Assembly (NCBI GenBank): GCA_043228905.1
Contig: JBHGNT010000018.1
Location: forward strand, 12,462,001 to 12,526,000
Reading direction: 5' to 3'
Length of the DNA stretch: 64,000 bases
From: Azolla caroliniana
Lineage: Eukaryota; Plantae; Polypodiophyta
Part shown: piece by piece, positions 35,833 through 48,000 of the stretch
Layout: the number at the start of each line of letters is the position of its first letter
How positions within the stretch are numbered: the stretch's first letter is position 1
The notes under the pieces: generated by a model
Told to the model about the DNA's origin: nothing
Seen by the model: only the letters and a program-made list of their open reading frames with translations
Databases searched by the model: none
Program-made: the position numbers and the translations under genes

Positions 35833-38187
35833 GTTGTTGCCTCTGTTGTAACCGCCGCGTGTGGCGAAGATCTGTGAGCACGAGGTCGTTGCCTCAGTGA
35901 ACTCACTGTTGTACATTCTCACATAGTGACAGTTTGCAGCCTGGGGGCTGCCGTGGTTTTTCCCTCTTTGGGTTTTTCCACGTAAACCTCCTGTGTATCT
36001 TCCTCTCCTTTGTGTAGTGTTTTATTTCCCGTTTTCTATGTATCATTCTATGCTCGGTTGTGGCCGAGCGGAGCGCATAAGGAACGTTGGGTTCCCGTCA
36101 GAATATATTTGGGAGTTAGTGTAGGAGCTCTTAATGAGCATTGAAGTACTGTCAGTACTTCGGTCAGTCCTTCTAGGACTTGTACAAAGTGTTCATTGAA
36201 CACACATATGTATAGAATGGTGAATAGAGATTGAGTACTGTTGTTGAATATAGTTCTTGTGTTTTCTCTCTCTCACACTCTCTCTGTCTCTCCCGCGTAT
36301 ACTGCGTAAGCCCAAGCTCTCCATTAAACCTGAGTTTTCTTCCTTCTGTTTGGTCTTCATACTTGCTTCCGCACGTTACTTTTTACATGGTATCAGAGCA
36401 CGAGGGTTGAGAACCTCTTTGCAGCCGACACAGCTTGACGAAGAAGAACAAGAAGAACGATGGATAGAGGCATGGCAAGCTCGCTTCCAATAGAGAAGCT
36501 GGACAAAACCAACTACGCGTCTTGGTCCTACAAGATGCACCAGTACCTGCTCGGGCACGGCTACTGGAGTTATGTCGAAGGAGCTAATGACGCGGCACCC
36601 GAATCGACACACAGAGACTTCCCGTCGTGGGAGCAATCGGCAAGCAGGGTATTATACTGCTTCCGTCGTGTGTGGGTGAACAGCTATTGAGCTATGTTCG
36701 GGATGCAAAGACACAGAAGGGTGCGTGGGAAAACCTGAAGAAGATTTTTGCCGCGAGCACCACAGCCAGGAAGCTTCAGCTCCGACAGGAGTTGAGCAAC
36801 CTACTTGTCGGTGGCGGACTATACCTCGAAGATCAAGGATATTTGCGACTCCCTCGCCTCCATAGAGGTGAACATCAAGGAGAGCGAGATGGTCCAGATC
36901 TATCTCGGAGGTTTGGCGTCGAAGTTCGGAGTGTTCCGAACGGTTTTGTGTACCCGGGAGAATACGCCGTCCTTTTTCGACTTACAGTCAATGCTCCTGG
37001 TAGAGGAGAACCACACGGGTGCGTCTACAAGCACGCACACCAACAGCAAAATGTTGTACACAGAGGGAGATAGGCCCCATGGACGTGGAGGACGAGGCGA
37101 GTCGGCGCGCAATGGAGGCGGCCGACGAGATCAAGGAAGAAGGCACCGAAGTGATGCCGACAGCAACTCCGGACCCTCCGGAAACAGGGGGAGTCGAAGC
37201 GATTAGAACCGGCAAGGGAAGGCCATCGCGGAGTGCTGGTACTATGGCAAGAAAGGCCATAGGGAAAGTGAGTGCTGGAAGAAGCGCGCCGATTCGGAGA
37301 GAACCGGTTCCGGAAACGGCTCCGAACATACCAACAAGGGAAATCAGCAGCGATCGCACTACGCCGAAGACTCCGGGAGAGCCGGAGAAGGGTCTGCCTT
37401 CGAGACGAGACACGAAGCAAACTCAATGAAACGGACCACCCCGAGATCGGACGAGGTGTGGTACGTAGACTCCGGCGCATCAAACCACATGACGAGCCAT
37501 AAGGAGTGGTTCTCGTACCTTGAAAAACCGATACAACCTAGAGTAGTCGCAACTGGAGACGACACTCCGCATCCGATCGCGAATGTCGGAGAACTTCCCC
37601 TTAGCCATGTCGGGTAGAAAGGGAAACTCATGAACATGCTGCACGTTCTGACAATCACGAAGAACTTGGTCTCGGTCGGACAGATCGTCGACGAAGGGAT
37701 GGAGGTTCGGTTTACACACCTCGGGTGCTTCATTGAGGAAGAAGGCCGTGTGATTGCGCAAGGGCGCAGAGACGGGAGGATGTTCATCCTCGACTCCACT
37801 GACGGCGGCACCGCAATGTTCGCGAAGGGAAAAAAATCTGAGTCGGACATCGACTTGTGGCACAAGCGGATAGGCCACATCAACTACGAGTGGCTTCAAG
37901 ATCTACAATCGAAACAGGTAGTGTTTGGATTGCCCAAATCTAGTGGCCGAAAGGCACAAATTTGTGAAGCCTGCCAGCTCAGGAAGCAACACCGACTTCC
38001 TTTCCCCAACGAGCGAAACCGGAGCCGGAACAAGCTCGACCTTATACACTCCGATGTATGGGGGCCGGCACAAAACGTTAGTCTTGGCGGGAGCCGATAT
38101 TTCGTCTCCTTCATCGACGACCACACGCGGCACACGTGGATCTACCTCATTGAGAGGAAGAGCGAAGTCTTCGACTGTTTCCACAGT

Positions 38188-41100
38188 CTAGTAGTCCGAC
38201 CAACTCCAAATGGGTCTTCAACTACACCAAGACACCCAAGCGTACGGAAGGATGACCACGACTTTCTTGATGCAGACATTACGTACGGGGATGCGTATGA
38301 ATATCGAAAATAATGCGATCTGTGTCAACAGATGTGTTAGCCCACGGAGGTCGCAAGGATGCCACATCAACCGGTGTTGCCGTTGGATACATTCTAGAAA
38401 TGGGGACTCGATTTCGTGGGACCGTTTTCACCGGTGGCAACGCAGACTGGCAATAAATATATACTCTTGGCTTTTCTTACAGCAAAAATTGACTTCACAA
38501 GATGAAATAGGACATGTTCGCAAAGGGCACGAAAGTCGATTCCGACATAGAGTTATGCCAAAAACAGATTGGCCATATCAACCTCCAAAAGCTCAAGGCA
38601 ATGCAATCGAAAGGAGTCGTCATCGGGTTCCTGACATTGAAGGAGAAAGAGATTGAAGGCGTATGTGTCGCTTTCCAATTCGGCAAGCAACATCACCACC
38701 CATTTCCGGAGGAGCGGAACGTGAGCAAAGGCGTACTCGACGTAAGTCATTCCGATCTATGGGGTCCGGCTTAGACGACTACATTCGGCGGATGCCGATA
38801 CTACGTCGCCTTCATGAACGGGGTACACAACACTCCGTAGCGGATTTCTTAAGCAGAATAGATAATGGAGAAATGATGCAGAAGGATGACCACGACTTTC
38901 TTGATGCAGACATCCTGCGGATTGCAACTATATCAACACGTACGGAAAAATCATTTCCAGATCGTTGGTTGATGGAGATGACATTCCTTCTCACCACAGG
39001 ATTACCACCGCCGCAATTAAGGACGCATGAAAAGAAACGATTGGCTGTCCGAAGTCGTAACTTCTGTCTAGTCAACGGGGTCCTGTTTCACAAAGGCAGT
39101 GACGGAATCTGGCGACGTGGAATATGCAAGGATGAGAAGGAAGCGGTTTTACGTGAAGCTCACTATGGTACGGTAGGAGGACACTACGGGGTGATGTTAC
39201 GGCTCGTAAAGTCTGGCAAGCCGGCCTATAGTGGCCGACTACGCAAAGGGATGCGTATGAATATCGAAAACAATGTGATCTATGTCAACGGATGTGTTAG
39301 TCCACGGAAGTCGCAAGGATGCCACATCAACCGGTGTTGCCGTTGGATCCATTCAAGAAATGGGGACTCGATTTCATGGGACCGCTTTCACCGGCGACAA
39401 CGCAAATTGGCAATAAATATATACTCATGGTTTTTCTTACAACAAGAATTGACTTCACAAGATGAAATCGGCCATGTTCACAAAGGGCACGAAAGTCGAT
39501 TCCGACATAGAGTTATGCCACAAGTGGATTGGCCATATCAACCTCCAAAAGCTCAAGCCAATGCAATCGAAAGGAGTCGTCATCGAGTTCCCGACATTTA
39601 AGGAGAAAGAGATTGAAGGCGTGTATGTCGCTTGGCAATTCGGCAAGCAACATCGGCACCCATTTCCGGAGGAGCGGAACGTGAGCAAAGGCGTACTCGA
39701 CATCAGTCATTCCGATGTATGGGGTCTGGCTCATACGGCTACATTGGGCGGATGCAGATACTATGTCGCCTTCATCAACGACCTCTGTAGGCACACTTGG
39801 ATCTACCCCATGCGGCAAAAGATCGAAGTGTTCAAACACTTCCACAAATTTAAGAATGAAGTCGAGAAAGTCACGGGCCGACATGTACGATGTCTTCGGT
39901 TGGATGGAGGCAAGGAGTACTTGTCAAACGAATTTTTGGCTTTTCCACGAAAAGAAGGAATTCGGCGAGAGTTTTCGTGTCGACATATGCCACAACAAAA
40001 TGAATTCACCGAAAGAAAGAATCAGAACATCCTCGAAGTAGCATGAGCCATGATGAACAAAAAACACCTGCCGAAGTCGTATTGGGCAGAAGCGGCTAAC
40101 ACGGCGATATACCTCATGAATCAGTGTATGACATCGGTTGTGCACGAACTTACTCCGCACGAGAAGTTTTTCGGGAAGAAGCTAGATCTATGACATGTTT
40201 GGATATTCGGCTCCATTGCATACGTGCTCATTCCCTACGAGAAGCAACAAAACCTCGACCAGAAGTTTGAGAAATGTATCCTCATAGGATACTCATTGGA
40301 GCAAAAGGGGTACAAGTGTACCAACCATTACGAAGAATTTGGTCTCCATCGGCCAAACTGTTGAGCAAGGGATGCAAGTATGATTTAATCAAGGCGGTTG
40401 CTTCATCGAAAAAGAGGGCTGACTCATCGCTTACGGACGAAGAGAGGGCCGGATGTTCATTCTTGACTTGCATGAGATCTGATGAAGAGATAGAGAAAAA
40501 TGATAGAGAAGAGAGGAGGAGGGAAAAAGAAGGCTTCAATATACTAATAAGAAAATAATACAATATTCTTATACTCTAAGAGTAACAAAAACCAAATAAC
40601 TACTTAAATATAGTATTAGACATAAAAGTCTTTCCTTCTTCACCCTTTCGTCCACTAAGATTCTTATAACCCTCTTATTCTTTCTCCCTTCTTCTTGTAG
40701 ATAATCTATCCTCTCCCCTATTGCTAAGAATACCCTCATATTTATAGGTTTCTAGTTGCGTTATTCTTGCTTTTTTCTTCTCTTTTCTTTTACATATGCT
40801 CGAGTTTATGTGATGCATTTTCCATATCATTATTTCTATTTTATGTCTCTAAATTTATCATAAAGAAAGCTCTCTTTGTTAGCTTTCTTATGAATCTTTT
40901 TCTTTTGAAATTTGGATAAGAGATGCAAAAGTTATGAGCTTTTTCCTCTGCCCTGCTTTCTCTGCCTTATTATGCATTTTTTTCCTTCTATCTTTTCTCT
41001 TGCTTTTTTTACTTTTGGAAAACGCCTCTAACTTCATATCCCTTCAATTTTCTTCTTCTCTTAACTCTTGAGCCTTTCACATTGTGCTTTATTCTTATAG

Positions 41101-41868
41101 AGCTTAGTATTCGATGTATTTGCCACGGTCTTTTCTTACAGCAAAAATTGACTTCACAAGATGAAATCGGCCATGTTCGCAAAGGGCACGAAGCCGATTC
41201 CGACATAGAGTTATGGCACAAGTGGATTGGCCATATCAACCTCTAAAAGCTCAAGGCAATGCAATCGAAAGGAGTTGTCATCGGGTTCCCGACATTCAAG
41301 GAGAAAGAGATTGAAGGCGTGTGTGTCGCTTGCCCATTTGGCAAGCAACATCGGCACCCATTTCCGAAGGAGCGGAACGTGAGGAAAGGCGTACTCGACG
41401 TAAGTCATTCCGATGTATGGGGTATGGCTCAGATGGCTACATTCGGCAGATGCCGATACTACATGGCCTTTATAGACGACTTATCTAGGCACACTTGGAT
41501 ATACCCCATGCGGCAAAAGATCGAAGTTTCAGACACTTCCACAAATTTAAGAATGAAGTTGAGAAAGCCACGGGCTGACATGTACGATGTCTTCGGTCGG
41601 ATGGAGGCAAGGAGTACTTCTCCGACGAATTTTTGGCTTTTCTACGGAAAGAAGGAATTCAGCGAGAGTTTTCGTGTTGACATACGCCACAACAAAATGG
41701 AGTCGCTTAACGAAAGAATCAGAACATCCTCGAAGTAGCACGAGCCATGATGAACAAAAAGCACCTGCCGAAGTTGTACTGTGCAGAAGCGGCTAACATA
41801 GCCATATACCTCATGAATCAATGTATGACATTGGGTGTGCAGGAACCTACTCCACACGAGAAGTTTTT
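38188..41868 (+). repeat. Rearranged mosaic of duplicated fragments (K-family Gypsy INT, I LTR end, M-type Copia INT)
   Basis: Junction TTGACTTCACA|AGATGAAAT at 38499, 39459 and 41158 (and 53139); Gypsy INT pieces at about 38246-38468 and 38816-39428. Confidence 0.85.
40480..41158 (-). repeat. Solo-LTR copy of Tat element I
   Basis: 679 bp, near-identical to 52462-53139; flanks AGATC/AGATG within contiguous Copia sequence. Confidence 0.9.
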
Positions 41869-42258
41869 CATATCCCTTCAACTTCATATCCCTTCAATTT
41901 TCTTCTCCTCTTAACTCTTGATCCTTTCACATTGTGCTTTATTCTTATAGAGCTTAGTATTCGATTTATTTGCCACGGTCTTTTCTTACAACAAAATTGA
42001 CTTCACATTTAGCCCCCCTCCTTGCTTGTTCAGCGAACCATTTATGGTGAGCCTGAAAAGGAAAAGAAAATGGGAAAAACTCCTTCGCCTTATGGTAGGC
42101 TATAGACAAAGAAGTAGTATAAATACTAAGAATGTAACAACTTATTGTGTGAGAAAAACCCCTGTTAAGCGGTGGGAAAAAAACTCACACTCTTACAAAA
42201 ACATAAATTTAAAATATAACAATGGTATTATAATCTCTCCTAAAAGGAGGATCACGAA

Positions 42259-44796
42259 TTAGTTGGGAAATATGCTTGGGGACAAATCCACTTCTTGCTC
42301 TCCATGATCATTTTCTTGAATGTCATTATCCATTATAGAAATGTAGGTAGGTCCTTGATTCACATACTTCTTTAGGCGCCATCCATTCACACGTAGTTCA
42401 TGAAGAGTCCCATCCATGTCCTTGAGTTGATAACTTCCATTGTTAAAGCAATCGTGCACCACAAAAGGTCCTTCCCAACGATTTATCATCTTTTGTCCTT
42501 TTATATTGTCAAAACGATTGTCGTAGCGAAGTACAAGAGATCCTTTTGAAAAAGTATCTTTTCTTGACCTTTTATCATAATACTTCTTCCTCCTCCAAGC
42601 CTGTTGCATATAATGCTCTACTGCTTCCTCCCTTGAATACTGTAGAATATGGTTTTGTGACAACCTATCCATCTTGCAGCATTCTTCATCACGTAGAGAT
42701 GATCTTAAGAGTCTATTGCTTCTAACTTGAAGTTCAATTGGAAATAAAGCTTCTTGTCCATATACTAAGAAGAAAGGTGTAAAACCTGTGGATGTCTTAT
42801 ATGATATGCGATAGGCCCATAGAGCATCATCAAGGAACTCATCCCATGTTCTTATTTTATCTGTGACAAGTTTTTGAAGATTTTTAACCAAAATACCATT
42901 TACCTTTTGGACCGCTCCATTAGCTTGAGGATAATACGGAGTAGAATACCTATGTTTAATCTTTAACCTTTCTAATAAGCAAGCCAACACTTCGCCAAGA
43001 AAACTTGGACCGTGATTAGATACAATCTCTAGCGGTACACCGAATCTTGTACAAATATTCCGGTAGATGAATTGGGACACATCCTTTGCTTTAATCGAGG
43101 ATGTTGTTATTGCGTCTACCCACTTAGTCACGTAATCAATAGCTACCAACATGAATTCTTTACCACTTTGGGTTCTTGGAAGGGGACCCACTGCATCGAT
43201 TCCCCATTTTTCAAAGGGAGCAAAAACCACAATAGGATGCAAAGGGCCTACTTCAAGTTGTCTTCTTCCTGCCTTTTGACAAGCATCACACGACTTGCAC
43301 CATTCATGTATATCTTTGTGAATAGAAGGCCATGTAAAACCTGTTAATAAAATTTTCCTCAACATGATATCATGAGAAAAATGCCCTCCACAAGCCTCCT
43401 CATGCATCTTTTGTAAGATCTCCACAATTTCCTCCTTAATAGGCACTCTTCGTAAAACACCATCTTTGCCTTTATGATATAAGTCCTTATCCACCATTAT
43501 ATATTGGGATGCTCTCACCACCAATCGTTTTCTTTGTGTAGAATTTAAACCTTTAGGAAAATCACCACCATCAAGAAACTCACATACCTCCTCAAGAGAT
43601 GTCGCATCTTTACACTCTTCCAAAATGCATATTGTCTCAAGTTTTAATTTCTTTAGTTGATCTTGATCAAGTGCATCAACCTCTTTATTGTGCAAATGAT
43701 TTACATGTTTCAATTGAACTTTATGGAAACACTTGATTAAAGTTAGTGCCTCCTTAAAAAACATGCGTAAACCATCACTTTTACATTTCCACACTCCTTG
43801 AATTTGTTTGATTACCAGAAGAGAATCACCTTTTATGATCAATCTTCTAATATCCCTTGCCTTACAAATTCGAAGGCCATAGCACAAAGTGGCATACTCT
43901 GCTTCGTTGTTGGTATTGGCATTGGATAAAATAATACCCTTCATGTGCACAGTCTCTCCATTAGGGTCTCTAATAACGAGGCCTCCAACCGTTGAATGTG
44001 TCGCCTTACAAAACGCTCCATCAAAGAATAACGTGAAAGCATCCTCCATATCTGGTTCAAGAAGCGCATCTCTTATCTTTGTCAATTCCTCCTCACGAAG
44101 GTTTTCTCTAAAAGTGAGAAGATCAACCAACACCACATGCATGGTAGACTCAAGCTTAACCTCAAAATCATATTCAACTAATTGGAGATCCCATTTCATA
44201 ATCTTAGCTGACACACTAACATGTTGGAGAATATATGTTAGTAAGGGCATACTAGTGATGATTATGAAGTGTTGGGAAATTAGAAAACTCCTAAACTTTT
44301 TGCATGCATAAATTAGGGTTAACATCCACTTCTCTATATCCATGAAAGTCTTTTCCACATCACTTATGGCTCTACTAATAAAGTAAATAGGATGCATAAG
44401 TTTATTATGAGGATCTTGTTGCATAAGAATAGCACCAATAGCATGAGAACTAACGCTAAGAGAAAGGAAGAAAGTGGAGCTACTATTAGGAGGCTTAAGG
44501 ATAGGAGCTTTCAATAATAGATCTCTTATTGTATCAAAATTTTCTTCTAGAAAAGGATTCCATACAAAGACGTTGGTGCGTAGGATGACTCTAAACAGAT
44601 AAAGTACTTGGGCTAGCATATGGATAAACCTTTCAAAATAACGCACCTTTTGTACAAATGTTTCCAATGACTTAATATCTTTCGGGTAAGGTAGAGCTTC
44701 TAGTGCTTTAACCTTTGATGGATCCACCTTAATCCCTTGAAGAGATACCACATGACCAAGCATCACCACTTGTCGGGGTTGAGTTGTCCTTTGCAC
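42259..44796 (-). CDS. Element I pol 3' part: RT end, degenerate RNase H, archaeal-type RNase H, integrase (845 aa open)
   Basis: LFFDGA..TNNEAEY..IKGDSLLVIKQI..NKEVDAL (aRH); H-H-C-C; KWGIDAVGP, YPQANGAV, WEGPF. Confidence 0.9.
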   Translation of the reverse strand: MQRTTQPRQVVMLGHVVSLQGIKVDPSKVKALEALPYPKDIKSLETFVQKVRYFERFIHMLAQVLYLFRVILRTNVFVWNPFLEENFDTIRDLLLKAPILKPPNSSSTFFLSLSVSSHAIGAILMQQDPHNKLMHPIYFISRAISDVEKTFMDIEKWMLTLIYACKKFRSFLISQHFIIITSMPLLTYILQHVSVSAKIMKWDLQLVEYDFEVKLESTMHVVLVDLLTFRENLREEELTKIRDALLEPDMEDAFTLFFDGAFCKATHSTVGGLVIRDPNGETVHMKGIILSNANTNNEAEYATLCYGLRICKARDIRRLIIKGDSLLVIKQIQGVWKCKSDGLRMFFKEALTLIKCFHKVQLKHVNHLHNKEVDALDQDQLKKLKLETICILEECKDATSLEEVCEFLDGGDFPKGLNSTQRKRLVVRASQYIMVDKDLYHKGKDGVLRRVPIKEEIVEILQKMHEEACGGHFSHDIMLRKILLTGFTWPSIHKDIHEWCKSCDACQKAGRRQLEVGPLHPIVVFAPFEKWGIDAVGPLPRTQSGKEFMLVAIDYVTKWVDAITTSSIKAKDVSQFIYRNICTRFGVPLEIVSNHGPSFLGEVLACLLERLKIKHRYSTPYYPQANGAVQKVNGILVKNLQKLVTDKIRTWDEFLDDALWAYRISYKTSTGFTPFFLVYGQEALFPIELQVRSNRLLRSSLRDEECCKMDRLSQNHILQYSREEAVEHYMQQAWRRKKYYDKRSRKDTFSKGSLVLRYDNRFDNIKGQKMINRWEGPFVVHDCFNNGSYQLKDMDGTLHELRVNGWRLKKYVNQGPTYISIMDNDIQENDHGEQEVDLSPSIFPN

Positions 44797-45003
44797 TCAT
44801 CGAGTCTTTTGAAAGCTGCCCGCACCTTCTCTAGATGATCAATCTTTTTGCTATATATAGCAAAATCATCTATAAACACCCTTACAAACTTTTCAAAAAA
44901 GGGTTGAAATACATGAATAGCCAAACGATTAAAGGTAAAAACAACATTAGTTAATCCAAAAGGCATACACCTATATGCAAAACAACCCCAAGGAGTAATA
45001 AAT

Positions 45004-48000
45004 TGTTGAAATTCCGTGCTCGGCCACAGCCGAGGAACAGGATCGATTCTCAGAAAACGGGAAATACAAGAATGCACGAAGAACAACAGAGAGAAGAATA
45101 CACAGGATGTTTACGTGGAAAACCCTAAATGGGAAAAACCACGGGAGTTCTCAAACTCCAACTATCACTATACACAGAGATGTACAATGGTGAGGCTACA
45201 AGGCAACAACCTTGAGCTCGCTATCCTCGCCACAGGCGGCGGTATTACACAGAGGCGTCGACCTCTTCCTTTCTCTTTCTTTTTCTCACTCTCGCTCGGC
45301 TGCTCTCACTTCGCTCCCTCTTAGTGGACAACAGAAAAATGAGCAACAACAACAACTGTTTGCCCTAAGTCATATTTATACACATATGACTTTCGGGCTA
45401 TTTACAAATATAGCCTCAAGGGCTCTTGGCAAACATATTCACAAATATGTCCCCGCATCCGGATCTCTCTCCGGGTACATTCGTCATCCGGCTCCGTAAC
45501 CGGGGTCTTCATCATCCGGCTCCGTAGCCGGGGTCTTCATCATCCGGCTCCGTAGCCGGGGTCTTCGTCAGCCGGCTCCGTAACCGGAACCGGGCTTGCC
45601 GTCATTCATCTCCGGGGACATACCATCCGGAGGGACCGAAATCCCAACAAACTCCCCCTTCACTTCGGCATGGGATGTCTCTCCAATCCAATCCTCTTCC
45701 GGCATGCTTCCAGCTTGTCGGGTGTGAGCACCTTGGTCAGCATATCCGACCCGTTCTCGTCCGTGTGGATCTTCGTCAGCACGAGCTCCTCGTCTTCTAT
45801 CCTCTCCCGGATCCAGTGGTATCTACGCTGGATGTGTTTCGTCCGGGAATGGTAGGCCGCGTTCTTCGCAAGGTGGATGGCACTCTGACTGTCGCAGTAG
45901 AGTCGGTACTCCTCCTGCCGGATACCGAGCTCTCTAATGAAGTCCTTCATCCATATTATTTCCTTGCCGGCTTCAACAGCTGCCATGTACTCCGCCTCCG
46001 TGGTTGACAACGCAACCGTCTTCTGCAGCCTCGACTGCCACGAAACGGCTCCCCCTGCATAGGTCATTACATACCCTGGTATTTGCCTCGCCGGACCCAG
46101 GTCCTTCATTGAGAAGGTTCGGTGAAGAGCCTTCTTCAGCATCCGTATCTTGACCTGGTCCCGTCCGACGATCAACATGTCGTCCACGTACAGGAGGAGT
46201 ATTAGAGAGTCTCCTCCTTCGAACTTCTTCACAAACACGCAGTGGTCGGACTGCGTTTTGAGGTACCCTTCGTCGGTCATGAAGGAGTCGAACTTCCGGT
46301 ACCATTGCCGGGGAGCCTGCTTCAGTCCGTAAAGGCTCTTCTTCAACCGGCATACCAGGTGCTCCTTCCCTTTCTTCTCGAATCCTTCCGGTTGCTGCAT
46401 GTAGATCTCTTCTTCGAGGTCACCGTGAAGGAATGCCGTCTTCACGTCCATCTGTTCTACCTCGAGGTCCATGCTTGCCGCTATGCTCAGCACCGTCCGG
46501 ATGGAGGTCATCTTCACTACCGGGGCAAATATCTCGTCGAAGTCGACGCCCTTCTTCTGCTGAAACCCCTTCACCACGATCCTGGCTTTGTATCTCGGGG
46601 GGTTTCCGGCATCTCCCGGTTTCAGCTTGAATACCCACTTGTTTCGAAGTGCCCGCTTTCCTTTCGGCAACTCCACAAGCTCATATGTGTTGTTCTCATG
46701 CAGGGAATCCATCTCGTCCTGCATGGCACTCAACCACCTGCGGCTCTGGGTGTCATGCTTTGCTTCTTCAAAGCTCTCCGGCTCCCCCTCGTCGGTTAGT
46801 AGCACGTGCTCTGGTTCCGGAAATCTCCGGGGGGCCCTTCTCTCTCTTAGAGGATATCTCCGTTCCGGAGCTTCGGTAACCGGCTCCTCCGTTTCCTCTT
46901 CATCCGAATCCATTTCGGGATCGGGGCCGGTTCCGGTATCAGTTTCATCTTCCTCGGCCGGTTCTGTTTCTTCACCGTCTTCGGCCGGGTCCTCGAGTGC
47001 TAACCGGTCCCTTGCCGGTCGGGACTGCTCCTCGTAGAGTTTATCCTCACCGGTCGACTTGGAGCTCTTCATCTTCTTCTCCGACTCCCAGTCGGCGAGT
47101 GTCTTGTCCTCCATGAAGATGATATCTCGACTCCTGAATATCTTCTTGTCGACCGGGTCCCATACTCGGTAGCCGAACTCGTCGTCGCCGTAACCGAGGA
47201 ATATGCATGGCCGGGTCTTTGGATCTAACTTTCCTCTCCGGTCCTTTGCCACATGCACGTATGCGAGACACCCGAACACCTTCAGATGCCGGTAGGACAC
47301 TTCCTTACCGGTCCACACTTTCTGCGGCGTGTCTCCGTCCAAAGGTACTGAGGGTGATCTATTTATCACATACGTCGCCGTCGACATTGCCTCAGCCCAA
47401 AATCCCTTGGGTAATTTCGCATGCGCCAGCATACTCCGGACCCTCTCCATTATGGTCCGGTTCATCCTCTCGGCCAGCCCGTTCAGTTCCGGCGTCTTCG
47501 GCACAGTAAACTCGAGCCGGATTCCCTTCGAGCGACAGTACTCCTGGAACTGCCCCCGGTATTCCCCTCCGTTATCCGCTCGTATCGCTTTCAGCTTCTT
47601 GCCGGATTCCCTTTCGACTCTCGCGTGAAGTTCTTTGAAGACGCACAACACTTGGTCCTTTGTCTTCAACGGTGCCGTCCACAGCTTCCGGCTGTGGTCA
47701 TCAATGAATGTCACGAAGTACTGGGCTCCGCCATGTGACTTCATTTCTACTTGACACACGTCAGTGTGCACCAGCTCCAATGGTGCGCTACGTCTCGTCG
47801 GTGGCCTTGAGTGGAAGGAGGTCCGGTTTTGCTTACCGGCCAGGCAGTCGGTGCACTTCTCCAGGTGCACATGCTTCACTGGAATGAGGTTGTCTTCTGC
47901 AAGCCTCTTCATCCCCTTCTCACTCATGTGGCACAGTCTCTTGTGCCACAGCTCACCGACAGCGCCAGCTGCCACGTTCAGCTCCTCCGGACATAGCCGG

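Larger units (their letters stand above)
30636..36100 (+). mobile_element. Full-length Tnt1-like Copia element G, TSD GAATA
   Basis: LTRs 30636-31327 and 35401-36100; PBS 31330-31341; PPT GAAGGGGGAG; GAATA on both sides. Confidence 0.97.
30462..38187 (+). mobile_element. Copia element H 5' part (LTR 30462-30635 plus 36106-36387, split by G; PBS 36388-36399; gag-PR-INT truncated)
   Basis: TGTTGAG...TTACA-TGGTATCAGAGC; gag from 36460, WYVDSGASNHM, HSDVWGPA. Confidence 0.9.

Noticed and set aside
38663-39601. 312-aa ORF as a host gene
   Set aside because: It is a chimera of out-of-frame Copia, Gypsy RH/INT linker and LTR end within the mosaic region.
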